Below, one piece after another: positions 52,550 to 60,124 of a DNA stretch of 60,124 nt. Where the stretch lies: the NCBI GenBank assembly GCA_964473735.1, contig CAYYQD010000003.1:1-60124 (forward strand), written 5' to 3'. Within the stretch, counting starts at the first letter, position 1. Each line of letters opens with the position of its first letter. A program made the translations under genes and the position numbers. This DNA comes from an uncultured bacterium. GTDB taxonomy: Bacteria > Hydrothermota > Hydrothermia > LBFQ01. A model generated the notes under the pieces. It was not told where the DNA came from. It worked only from the letters and a program-made list of their open reading frames with translations, and ran no database searches.

Positions 52550-53234
52550 GCTTCGGATAGATCCGTCGCATCCCGACGGTCGCCTTCTCCCTTATCACCT
52601 CGTGGGCTATAGAGGATATGGGGGTCTCCTCGGGGTTTATCTCCACGACGTGGGCCCCGGAATCTCTGGCGACGTAGGGGAGCTGGGCGGCCGGATATAC
52701 TAAACCCGAAGTCCCTACAACTACGAAGATACGTGCCTCTCTGGATAGATCCCATGCCCTCTCCAAAGCATCGGTGGGCAACGGCTCCCCGAACCACACG
52801 ACGTCGGGTCTGAGCATCCCTCCACACTCCTTGCACTTAGGTGGATACTCCGGAAGGGGGGTTCTGAACTCGTAGTACGTAGCACCGCACTTCAGACACC
52901 TCACCCTCCAGATGTTGCCGTGGAGCTCTATCACGTTCCTGCTCCCGGCCCTGCGGTGAAGCCCATCCACGTTCTGGGTTATGATCCATACGTCCGGGCA
53001 CTCACTCTCTAAGAGGGCCATCAACCTGTGGGCGTCGTTGGGTTGAGCTTCGGCTATGGCCCTCCTCCGCATATCGTACCACTCCCACACCCTAACCGGG
53101 TCCCGGAAGAAGCCCTCCGGTGTGGCCAGATCCTCCACCCTGAACCTCTCCCATAGTCCCCCCTTGCCCCTAAAGGTCGGGATGCCGCTCTCGGCCGATA
53201 CCCCGGCACCGGTGAAGAAGACTATCCGGGCCAT
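52521..53234 (-). CDS. cobB: NAD-dependent protein deacylase (sirtuin, CobB-type)
   Basis: 'FTGAGVSAESGIPTFRG', 'QNVDGLH', the catalytic 'ELHG', and a Zn ribbon 'CLKCG...CKECGG'. Confidence 0.9.
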   Translation of the reverse strand: MARIVFFTGAGVSAESGIPTFRGKGGLWERFRVEDLATPEGFFRDPVRVWEWYDMRRRAIAEAQPNDAHRLMALLESECPDVWIITQNVDGLHRRAGSRNVIELHGNIWRVRCLKCGATYYEFRTPLPEYPPKCKECGGMLRPDVVWFGEPLPTDALERAWDLSREARIFVVVGTSGLVYPAAQLPYVARDSGAHVVEINPEETPISSIAHEVIREKATVGMRRIYPKLKEECGGDG

Positions 53235-53241
53235 GGACGGT

Positions 53242-53247
53242 ATTTTA
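53242..53247 (-). promoter_or_regulatory. -10 box TAAAAT, 7 nt before ATG 53234 (cobB); overlaps the stop of the upstream gene
   Basis: The minus strand reads cCTAAAATaccgtccATG. Confidence 0.45.
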
Positions 53248-53865
53248 GGTCTGCTCCTTCCATCCCTCTATCCAATCCCACCCATCCCTTCCCAGTATCT
53301 CCGCCATCCTCACCACGTTGAAGCCAAGGGCCCGGGCGTCGTCGTAGGCCTCACGTTTGCGAACGTCGTCCCACCTCCTTAGTAGATAGACGGCCCCCAC
53401 TGGAGGTATTACGAAGCCCATCTCCGTAAGGGTTATAAGGAGGGAGGAGGCCGTCTGAGCGGCCCCCCCTTCCTCCCCGACCACTATAACACCGGCCACC
53501 TTCCCCCTCATCATAAAAGCCCCCATGTTCTCAAGGGAGGTCATCCTCTCAAGCAGGGTCTTGAGCAGGGCCGACGGGGAGTACCAGTACACGGGTGTCC
53601 CGAATATAACAGCATCGGCCTCAAGGAGGTCCCACACGATACTACCGAAGGCGTCCCCGACCTTACCCTTTATGCAGGCCTCAAGGTGGCACAGGGAGGG
53701 GTCCTCGCTGTAGCTGCCGGTACAGGGGGCAACGTTGAGCATGGAAAGGTGCAGGAGCTTTACTTCGGCCCCGGCCTTTCTGGACCACTTTAGAGCCTCC
53801 TTCAGTAAGGAGACTGTCCAACCGTCGGTTCGGGCGGAGCCGTTTATTCCCACTACCTTGATCAC
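53245..53865 (-). CDS. NADPH-dependent FMN reductase / iron-sulfur-flavoprotein-like protein
   Basis: 'KVVGINGSARTDGWT' flavodoxin-like N-terminus and 'DAVIFGTPVYW'. Confidence 0.7.
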   Translation of the reverse strand: MIKVVGINGSARTDGWTVSLLKEALKWSRKAGAEVKLLHLSMLNVAPCTGSYSEDPSLCHLEACIKGKVGDAFGSIVWDLLEADAVIFGTPVYWYSPSALLKTLLERMTSLENMGAFMMRGKVAGVIVVGEEGGAAQTASSLLITLTEMGFVIPPVGAVYLLRRWDDVRKREAYDDARALGFNVVRMAEILGRDGWDWIEGWKEQT

Positions 53866-53873
53866 GTTCGGCG

Positions 53874-53879
53874 ATTCTA
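53874..53879 (-). promoter_or_regulatory. -10 box TAGAAT, 8 nt before GTG 53865 (flavoprotein)
   Basis: The minus strand reads ccgTAGAATcgccgaacGTG. Confidence 0.55.
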
Positions 53880-53895
53880 CGGACGCAAGCGGGCT

Positions 53896-53901
53896 TAGAA
53901 T
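53896..53901 (+). promoter_or_regulatory. -10 box TAGAAT, 6 nt before GTG 53908 (DUF2207)
   Basis: gcTTAGAATatagcaGTG. Confidence 0.55.
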
Positions 53902-53907
53902 ATAGCA

Positions 53908-55752
53908 GTGTTCTTCCTGCTGCTATCCTCAACCTGTCCGGCCGGATGGCAGGAGTGTATCCTCTCCTACGACCAGTACGTTAGCGTTGGAAGGGACGCC
54001 TCTCTTCTGGTCAGGGAGAACATAAAGGTAAAGGCGGCCGGAGAGAGAATAAAGCACGGCATAACCCGGGAGTTTCCCACCTCCTACAGGTGGAAAGGCT
54101 ATAACTTCAAGGTGGGGTTCAAGGTCCTGAAGGTGCTCAGGGACGGGAAACCGGAAGGTTGGTTCGTAAAGCGCCTCCCCAACGGTGTCAGGATATACGT
54201 GGGCAAGAAGGACGTCCTGCTCTCTCCGGGGGTTCATACCTACATCCTCGTCTATAGGACGGACAGACAGCTGGGGTTCTTCAAGGACCACGACGAGCTC
54301 TACTGGAACGTAAACGGCACGGGGGGAAGCTTTCCCATAAACAGGCTTGAGGCCGTGGTATCCCTCCCGGAGGGGGTACCCCGGGACAGTATCCGGTACG
54401 AGGCCTATACGGGGAGGTACGGCGAGAGGGGGAGGGACTACGAGGCGTGGATAGATGGGAAGGGTAGGGTGCATTTCAGAACGACCCGCGTTCTTATGCC
54501 CGGGGAGAACCTGACCGTCGTAGTCGGATGGCCTAAGGGGTACGTAAGGGAGCCGGGTACGGTGCAGAGGGTCCTGTGGTTCCTTGGGGATAACCTGCAC
54601 GTCTTAGTTCTCTTTCTGACGCTGGTCGTGGTGTTCCTTTACTACCTGTGGGCGTGGGCCCGCGTGGGTAAGGATCCGCCTAAGGGGACGATAATGCCGG
54701 AGTTCCATCCTCCGGACGGTATGTCTCCGGCGGCCGTGAGGTACGCCATGAGGATGGGGTACGACGACACCTGCTTTGCGGCCAACCTCATAGACATGGC
54801 CGTGAAGGGAACCCTTAAGATTCGCGAAGGTAAAGGAGGGAGGTACGAACTGGAGAAGCTGGCCAAAGATAGGGCGGCCCTGACGGGGGACGAGGAGGTA
54901 CTGTACTCCTCTTTACCTGACAGATTACACCTGCGTAGGGGATCCTACTCCGCCCCTTTGCGGAGGGCGGTAGAGCGCCTTAAGATGGCCCTTGCCCGGA
55001 CGTACGGGCACCTCTTCAGACTGAACAGTGACTACGTTACCCTCGGGGTACTCCTATCTATCGCCGGAGTTGTTGTCTCCCTGTTCTTGGGGGGTGGGGG
55101 AACCGTGGCCAGGGGAGCGGTCCTGGCGGTGTTCGTCGGTATGCTCTTTTCCGTCCTCTCCATCTCCTCCAGAGTAGCGAAGGTGGTCGTACTGTTTCTG
55201 GTGCTACTGTTCTTCTTCCCGTTCTTCGCCCTCTTCTTCGGCAGTGGGAACCTCCTGTGGGATGCCCTCGTGATACTCCCCATCCTGCTGCTTATAGCCG
55301 TAAACCTCTTCTTCGGTAAGTACATGGCCGCTCCCACCCGTGAGGGGAGGAGAGTGATGGACAGGATTGAGGGGTTCAGGATGTTTCTGCGGACGGCGGA
55401 GAAGGAGCGCCTGAAGACCCTGTTCCCGGAGGATAGCCTGCCACGGATATTTGAGCGGTTCCTACCCTACGCCTTAGCTCTGGACGTTGTAGATACCTGG
55501 GCTAACAAGTTCGCCGAGGACCTGAAAGCTATGGACTACCGTCCGGAGTGGTACGAGGGTCCGTACTACATGCGCTTTACGACCTCCCACGGTTATGCCA
55601 CCTTCTTTAACGACGTGGGTCGCGGTATATCTTCAACCGTCGCTTCTTCCATTAAACCACCGGGAAGCTCCTCGGGTTTCTCGGGTAGTGGTGGCGGTGG
55701 TGGTGGGTTCTCCGGTGGTGGAGGAGGTGGAGGTGGGGTAGGTGGATGGTAA
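53908..55752 (+). CDS. DUF2207-family membrane protein with poly-Gly C-terminal tail
   Basis: N-terminal DUF2207-like block ('...LLVRENIKVKAAGERIKHGITREFPT'), central TM cluster, and tail 'GSSSGFSGSGGGGGGFSGGGGGGGGVGGW' (nt 55663..55749). Confidence 0.75.
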   Translation: MFFLLLSSTCPAGWQECILSYDQYVSVGRDASLLVRENIKVKAAGERIKHGITREFPTSYRWKGYNFKVGFKVLKVLRDGKPEGWFVKRLPNGVRIYVGKKDVLLSPGVHTYILVYRTDRQLGFFKDHDELYWNVNGTGGSFPINRLEAVVSLPEGVPRDSIRYEAYTGRYGERGRDYEAWIDGKGRVHFRTTRVLMPGENLTVVVGWPKGYVREPGTVQRVLWFLGDNLHVLVLFLTLVVVFLYYLWAWARVGKDPPKGTIMPEFHPPDGMSPAAVRYAMRMGYDDTCFAANLIDMAVKGTLKIREGKGGRYELEKLAKDRAALTGDEEVLYSSLPDRLHLRRGSYSAPLRRAVERLKMALARTYGHLFRLNSDYVTLGVLLSIAGVVVSLFLGGGGTVARGAVLAVFVGMLFSVLSISSRVAKVVVLFLVLLFFFPFFALFFGSGNLLWDALVILPILLLIAVNLFFGKYMAAPTREGRRVMDRIEGFRMFLRTAEKERLKTLFPEDSLPRIFERFLPYALALDVVDTWANKFAEDLKAMDYRPEWYEGPYYMRFTTSHGYATFFNDVGRGISSTVASSIKPPGSSSGFSGSGGGGGGFSGGGGGGGGVGGW

Positions 55753-55760
55753 AGCGCCCT

Positions 55761-55766
55761 TAGAAT
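55761..55766 (+). promoter_or_regulatory. -10 box TAGAAT, 7 nt before ATG 55774
   Basis: ccTTAGAATcggagagATG. Confidence 0.55.
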
Positions 55767-55773
55767 CGGAGAG

Positions 55774-56985
55774 ATGCTCCTCCTCCTCTCATACCTCCTG
55801 ATACCCATGGACGAGTCCCAGACGGACCACCTTAAGGCCTACGGGGTGGTATATTGGGCCATCTCAAGAGGGTACGAGGTGGATTGGCTCCTGAACTACA
55901 GGGGGGGATCCTTCCTGATTCTGGCGGACGCCCCCGACGTCATGAGGAGGGCGACGGGCAGAGGGGTTTATTACGAGAGGATAGGGGAGAGCGACAGGGC
56001 GGAGATAGAGGGGGAGATAGAGAGGAGCAACATGGCCAAGGTCCGACTCCTGACCCTACCCAAGCTGGCCGTCTACGCTCCGAAGTACGCCGAGCCGTGG
56101 GACGACGCCGTTCGCATGGCGCTGGACTACGCCGAGATCCCCTACGACCTCATCTGGGACGACGATATCCTCAGGGGGGCCCTGAAGAGGTACGACTGGG
56201 TACACCTTCACCACGAGGACTTTACGGGGATGTACGGTAAGTTCTGGCCCACCTACGCCAACACCGACTGGTACAGGCGGATGGTCGCGGCGTCGGAGAG
56301 GGTGGCAAAGGAGTTCGGGTTTCGGAGCGTTAGGGACCTGAAATTGGCCGTTGCCAAACGGATAAAACGCTTCGTGGCGGACGGGGGTTATCTCTTCGCC
56401 ATGTGCTCCGCTCCTCTGACCCTTGACGCGGCGTTGGCCTCCGAAGGGCTGGACATTCTGGATACACCCTACGACGGGGACCCGCCCGACCCGGACGTCA
56501 ATTCCAAACTGGACTACTCCAAGACCCTCTTCGCCACCAATTTCAAGATAATCACCAACCCCTACATATACGAACACACGGACGCCGACGCCACGAGGGA
56601 CATAGCACTGTTAGGTCCAAACGCCAAGTTCAAGCTCTACGAGTTCGCCGCCAAGATAGACGAGATACCCACCATGCTAACCCAGAACCACACCCACGCC
56701 ATAAAGGAGTTCTTAGGGCAGGACTCCGGTGTGTATCTGGACAAGCTCAAGAAGTACGTCGTCGTCTTAGCAGTTCAACCGAAGGCTAACGCCGCAAAGT
56801 ACGTGTATGCCCAGTACGGTAGAGGGTTCTTCAGCTACTACTTCGGCCACGACCCCGAAGATTACCAGCACTTCGTGGGGGAGAAACCTACGGACCTCTC
56901 CAAACATAAACACTCTCCCGGATACCGTCTGATCCTGAACAACATCTTCCTCCCTTCGGCTAAGAAAAAGAGGAAGAAGACCTAA
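55774..56985 (+). CDS. conserved hypothetical protein (possible GATase1/ThuA-like fold; uncertain)
   Basis: 403 aa. Blocks 'TDHLKAYG', 'YDWVHLHHEDFTG' and 'DGGYLFAMCSAP'. Lys-rich tail 'SAKKKRKKT'. No confident family. Confidence 0.45.
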   Translation: MLLLLSYLLIPMDESQTDHLKAYGVVYWAISRGYEVDWLLNYRGGSFLILADAPDVMRRATGRGVYYERIGESDRAEIEGEIERSNMAKVRLLTLPKLAVYAPKYAEPWDDAVRMALDYAEIPYDLIWDDDILRGALKRYDWVHLHHEDFTGMYGKFWPTYANTDWYRRMVAASERVAKEFGFRSVRDLKLAVAKRIKRFVADGGYLFAMCSAPLTLDAALASEGLDILDTPYDGDPPDPDVNSKLDYSKTLFATNFKIITNPYIYEHTDADATRDIALLGPNAKFKLYEFAAKIDEIPTMLTQNHTHAIKEFLGQDSGVYLDKLKKYVVVLAVQPKANAAKYVYAQYGRGFFSYYFGHDPEDYQHFVGEKPTDLSKHKHSPGYRLILNNIFLPSAKKKRKKT

Positions 56986-56997
56986 AACGGGCGACCT

Positions 56998-57003
56998 TAG
57001 AAT
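56998..57003 (+). promoter_or_regulatory. -10 box TAGAAT, 5 nt before GTG 57009 (amidohydrolase)
   Basis: ccTTAGAATagggggGTG... (read directly from 56996..57011). Confidence 0.5.
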
Positions 57004-57008
57004 AGGGG

Positions 57009-58379
57009 GTGTTGATCTTCTCTAAGGCCTTAGTGGGGAGGTACATATACGATAACGTCTCCGTTGAGGTCTCGGGGGACACCATAACGGGTGTGAGGGT
57101 AGGCCTTGACAGGTACGACGTCTCCGCCCTGCTGGTTCCGGGCTTCGTTGATACCCACTCCCACTTTACGGCTTACGCCCTGAGTCTCAATCGGCCGAGG
57201 TTGGACGGTGTAGGGGACGTTGATGAGGCCCTAAACTTCGTGGCCAGAAAGGTGGGGGAGGTTGAGGGGGAGGTGGTGGTCATGGAGGGATACGACGACA
57301 CGCAGTGGAGCAGACCCTTCAACCGGCGGGACCTTGACCGGATAACGGATAGGCCCCTGATCCTCCGTAGGGTATGTGGCCACAAGGCCGTCCTGAACTC
57401 CGCCGCCATAAGGTGGCTGAAGGAGAGGTACGGCGAGATAGAGGGGCTGGACGAGGAAACAGGCTTGGCCGTAGAGCACCTTCCCCTTAACCTTAGCGAC
57501 TACGTCCGCCCCACGGACGGGGAGGTTGAGGGGGCCGTAAGGAGGGCGGAGGACCTCGCCCGAAAGATGGGCATCGTGGCCGTGGGGGAGAACACGAAGG
57601 CCTTTTATGTGAGAAAACTGGCGGAGATGGATCGTGAAGGGAAACTAACCTTGAGGTGGAGGGTAGCGGTGTATTATCGGGAACTGGGGGAGGTTGAGGA
57701 CCTGATTTCCTACAGGACGGAGCACTTCCGCGTAGTTGGGGTGAAGGAGTTCTTAGACGGCTCCGTAGGGGCGAGGACGGCCGCCTTCTCCTTCCCTTAC
57801 GGAGACACGGGGGAGAAAGGTCTCCTGCTCCACGGAGACGATTACCTTAAGGAGGTGCTTCTATCGGCCGAAAGGAGGGGGTTGGGGGTCTGGTTCCACG
57901 CCATAGGGGACAGGGCGATAGAGCAGGCCCTTCGGGTGATAGCCTCCTCCTCCAACCCGGAGAGGCACCGGATAGAGCACTTCCTGTTCCCCCGGAACGA
58001 GCACTACAGGATGGCGGCGTCCTTAGGTGTGGGGGTATCTATCCAACCTAACTTCACCCGGAGGTGGGGGAGGATGGGGGGACTGTACCATCGGGTGATA
58101 GGGGACGCCGTATATTGGCACAACCGGTACCGAACCATGGAGAACTTAGGCGTGCGGTACGCCTTCGGGTCGGATACGATGCCCCCCGGACCCATATACG
58201 GGATAGCCGGAGCGATCTATCACCCCATAAAAGAGGAGCGTCTAAATCTGGAAGAGGCCCTCTACAGATACACCGCGGCAGGCGCTCAGCTCCTTGGAGA
58301 CGACAGCTACGGCGAAATAGAGGTGGGTAAGCTGGCCCTTCTAAGCACCTTCTGTCCGGAATGCCTCGGAAGAGCGTAA
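57009..58379 (+). CDS. amidohydrolase-family metal-dependent hydrolase
   Basis: 'VPGFVDTHSHF' (HxH metal ligands), 'FHAIGD', 'IEHF' and 'FGSD' fit the amidohydrolase_3-type layout. Confidence 0.85.
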   Translation: MLIFSKALVGRYIYDNVSVEVSGDTITGVRVGLDRYDVSALLVPGFVDTHSHFTAYALSLNRPRLDGVGDVDEALNFVARKVGEVEGEVVVMEGYDDTQWSRPFNRRDLDRITDRPLILRRVCGHKAVLNSAAIRWLKERYGEIEGLDEETGLAVEHLPLNLSDYVRPTDGEVEGAVRRAEDLARKMGIVAVGENTKAFYVRKLAEMDREGKLTLRWRVAVYYRELGEVEDLISYRTEHFRVVGVKEFLDGSVGARTAAFSFPYGDTGEKGLLLHGDDYLKEVLLSAERRGLGVWFHAIGDRAIEQALRVIASSSNPERHRIEHFLFPRNEHYRMAASLGVGVSIQPNFTRRWGRMGGLYHRVIGDAVYWHNRYRTMENLGVRYAFGSDTMPPGPIYGIAGAIYHPIKEERLNLEEALYRYTAAGAQLLGDDSYGEIEVGKLALLSTFCPECLGRA

Positions 58380-60013
58380 GGGATCACGTAGCCCGGAAGT
58401 ACCTTGCCCGACGTCTGGCCGTCTTTCGCTTCGTAATACTGGCCGTGATTATAAGCGTGGCCCTGCAGATAGGCTACTTCGTGGTCCTGAGGCCGGAACC
58501 TTACAGGTCCCTCGCCGAGCATCAGCACATCATAGAGGTGAAGGTGCCCGGTCGTAGGGGTACCATATACGACCGCCACGGAAAGCCTCTGGCCTTTACG
58601 GGTGAGGGGCTGACGGTTGAGGTGGTGGATACGGTGAGCGTTAAGGACTCCGTACGCCTGTCCCGATGGGGGATAAACGTGAAACGCACGGCTCTACACC
58701 GTCGTATTGAGGGGCTATCCCCCTTCCTGTGGGATTCCCTCCGCAACATCAGGAGCATCTTCCGTACCCTCCGCTACAACCGGAGGTATTACCCGTGCGG
58801 TGATGCCTGTTCGGACATCGTGGGAAAGGTGAGGGGGCTCCACGGGGTATCCGGCATGGAGTACGGGTACGACAGCGTACTGGCCCCGGGCTATACCGTA
58901 AGGAGGTACCTGAGGGACGCCTCCGGGAAGGTTTACCCTATGCCCGTATCCCTTTTCTCCGCCCTAAGGGAGTACCTATTTCACAGGGAGGCGGCCGACG
59001 GGAGAGACCTCCACACCACCATAGACATGGACCTGCAGAGGCTGTCCTACCGTCTCCTCAAGGAGAGGGTGGAGCAGGTGGACGCCAGGGGGGGGATGGT
59101 GGTCGTGGCCGATGCTAAGACCGGGGACATACTGGTCTATTCCTCCGTGGGTTCCCTGCGGAGGAACCACATATTCAACTACGAGCCCGGGTCAAACTTC
59201 AAAGTGGTGGTATATACGGAGGGTCTGGAGCGGGGGATAAGGCCAGAGGACACGTGCGGCATAACGGACGGCCTCCTCTCTCTGGGCAAAGGGGTGCAGA
59301 TAAGGGATCTATCTCCCCTCAAGGATAAGAGTACGTGGTACTGGGCCCTGGTCAAATCCTCCAACGCCTGCGCCTCTAAGCTGGCCCTCATGATGGACAG
59401 TATCAGAAAGAACGGGCTCTACCGTAGGGCCCTGCTTTACGGTTTTGGTGAGCCGGCAAACATAGGATTGCCGGAGGATCCGGTTCGTCTGGAGAAGTTA
59501 TCCAGATACAGGACGTGGAGGAAGGTCAAGATAGCCAACATGGCCATAGGGCAGGGGATATACGTGAATCCGATCCAGATGGTGAGGGCCTACATAACCA
59601 TAGCCAACGACGGCAGATTCATCTTCCCCAAGCTGGTTCAGGGGCCCGTCAGGTACTACCCGATAAGGACGGTGGCGAGTAAGGAGACCTTCAGGACGTT
59701 GAAGGAGATGTTGGTGGGGGTGGTAGATAGCGGTACGGGTAGGTGGGCTAAGATAAGGGGCATAAAGGTGGCGGGTAAAACTGGAACGGCGCAGAAGTAC
59801 GACAGGCGGGCCCGAAGGTACAGTATGGCTAAGTCCCTGACCTCCTTCATAGGGTTCTTCCCGGCGGAAGATCCGAAGTACGTTATATACGTCCTGATAG
59901 ACGAGCCGAAGAAGGTGCGCACCGGTGGTACAGCCGCTGCCCCCCTGTTCAAAAAGATAGCCAAAGGTATCGTTAAACTGGACAGTTTGAAAAACGGGTA
60001 CAGTCCGAGATAA
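58361..60013 (+). CDS. penicillin-binding protein, class B transpeptidase (PBP2/FtsI type)
   Basis: N-terminal TM anchor. Transpeptidase triad 'SNFK' (SxxK), 'SSN' and 'KTGT'. Confidence 0.9.
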   Translation: MPRKSVRDHVARKYLARRLAVFRFVILAVIISVALQIGYFVVLRPEPYRSLAEHQHIIEVKVPGRRGTIYDRHGKPLAFTGEGLTVEVVDTVSVKDSVRLSRWGINVKRTALHRRIEGLSPFLWDSLRNIRSIFRTLRYNRRYYPCGDACSDIVGKVRGLHGVSGMEYGYDSVLAPGYTVRRYLRDASGKVYPMPVSLFSALREYLFHREAADGRDLHTTIDMDLQRLSYRLLKERVEQVDARGGMVVVADAKTGDILVYSSVGSLRRNHIFNYEPGSNFKVVVYTEGLERGIRPEDTCGITDGLLSLGKGVQIRDLSPLKDKSTWYWALVKSSNACASKLALMMDSIRKNGLYRRALLYGFGEPANIGLPEDPVRLEKLSRYRTWRKVKIANMAIGQGIYVNPIQMVRAYITIANDGRFIFPKLVQGPVRYYPIRTVASKETFRTLKEMLVGVVDSGTGRWAKIRGIKVAGKTGTAQKYDRRARRYSMAKSLTSFIGFFPAEDPKYVIYVLIDEPKKVRTGGTAAAPLFKKIAKGIVKLDSLKNGYSPR

Positions 60014-60124
60014 AATTACCTCTTGCTATCGTTCTTCGTTGCGGATATTTTTTTGGTCCATCGTGGTAGGGACTTTCTACGAGGGTACGAGTACTACTAC
60101 TATGGTGGCCACCCCCTAACGTGG

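Noticed and set aside
52521-53234. Sir2-domain gene as a possible defence-system (Thoeris/DSR-like) component.
   Set aside because: It has all the CobB-type sirtuin motifs, including the Zn ribbon, is of normal 237-aa size, and has housekeeping neighbours. No TIR, Ago or other defence partner is present.
55663-55749. GGT/GGA-rich low-complexity DNA as a possible tandem repeat or contingency locus.
   Set aside because: It encodes the poly-Gly/Ser tail that is common in DUF2207-family proteins. The unit structure is irregular, so it is not a clean microsatellite.
1-60124. A search of the non-coding gaps (1..511, 13082..13676, 17193..17447, 44565..44843) for tmRNA, RNase P RNA, SRP RNA, or riboswitches upstream of the receptor operon.
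   Set aside because: I could not find the hallmark strings: the RNase P P4 GAGGAAAGUCC, the tmRNA tRNA-like 3' end or tag reading frame, or the SRP domain IV GGAAGGAAGCAGC. exbB has no leader to host a riboswitch. This is a negative by eye only; an Infernal scan is still advisable.

Overview
This is a densely packed chromosomal window with about 59 protein genes and one tRNA-Val. I found no rRNA, CRISPR array, transposase, integrase or recognisable defence genes. The proteins are rich in E/K/R/V/Y and codons have GC-rich third positions, which suggests a thermophile. The secretome looks FCB-superphylum-like: six proteins end in a T9SS-type C-terminal sorting domain (CTD), most finishing in ...KVVVR.

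Housekeeping genes are clearly identifiable: ald, lipA, dnaN, galT, nuoH, acpS, comEA, rplE, tig, gcvPB, nuoC, a peroxiredoxin, fabD, infB, nusA, rimP, cobB and a PBP2-type transpeptidase. Their order is strongly scrambled. rplE, nuoH, nuoC, gcvPB and a transketolase C-terminal half all sit away from their usual partners.

The most interesting locus is a roughly 14.5-kb apparent single operon (27555..42078). It encodes ExbB-ExbD-ExbD-TonB, a 1059-aa TonB-dependent barrel, a PorV/PorQ-like barrel, three large CTD-tailed proteins of unknown function and a TPR lipoprotein. I propose, as inference only, that it is either a Ton-energised surface-protein export/display module or a capture/import module without a classical SusD.

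Two sequence-level signals recur. First, almost every first-in-operon gene has a TA(G/T/A)AAT -10 box only 5-11 nt from its start codon (mostly 5-9), implying pervasive leaderless mRNAs, several with GTG/TTG starts. This also lets several start codons be re-called. Second, tRNA-Val abuts the nuoH start codon with a 1-nt gap, so tRNA 3' processing would release a leaderless nuoH mRNA.

Several non-coding gaps carry short repeats of unknown meaning. All functional calls come from motif recognition by eye; no database search was run.
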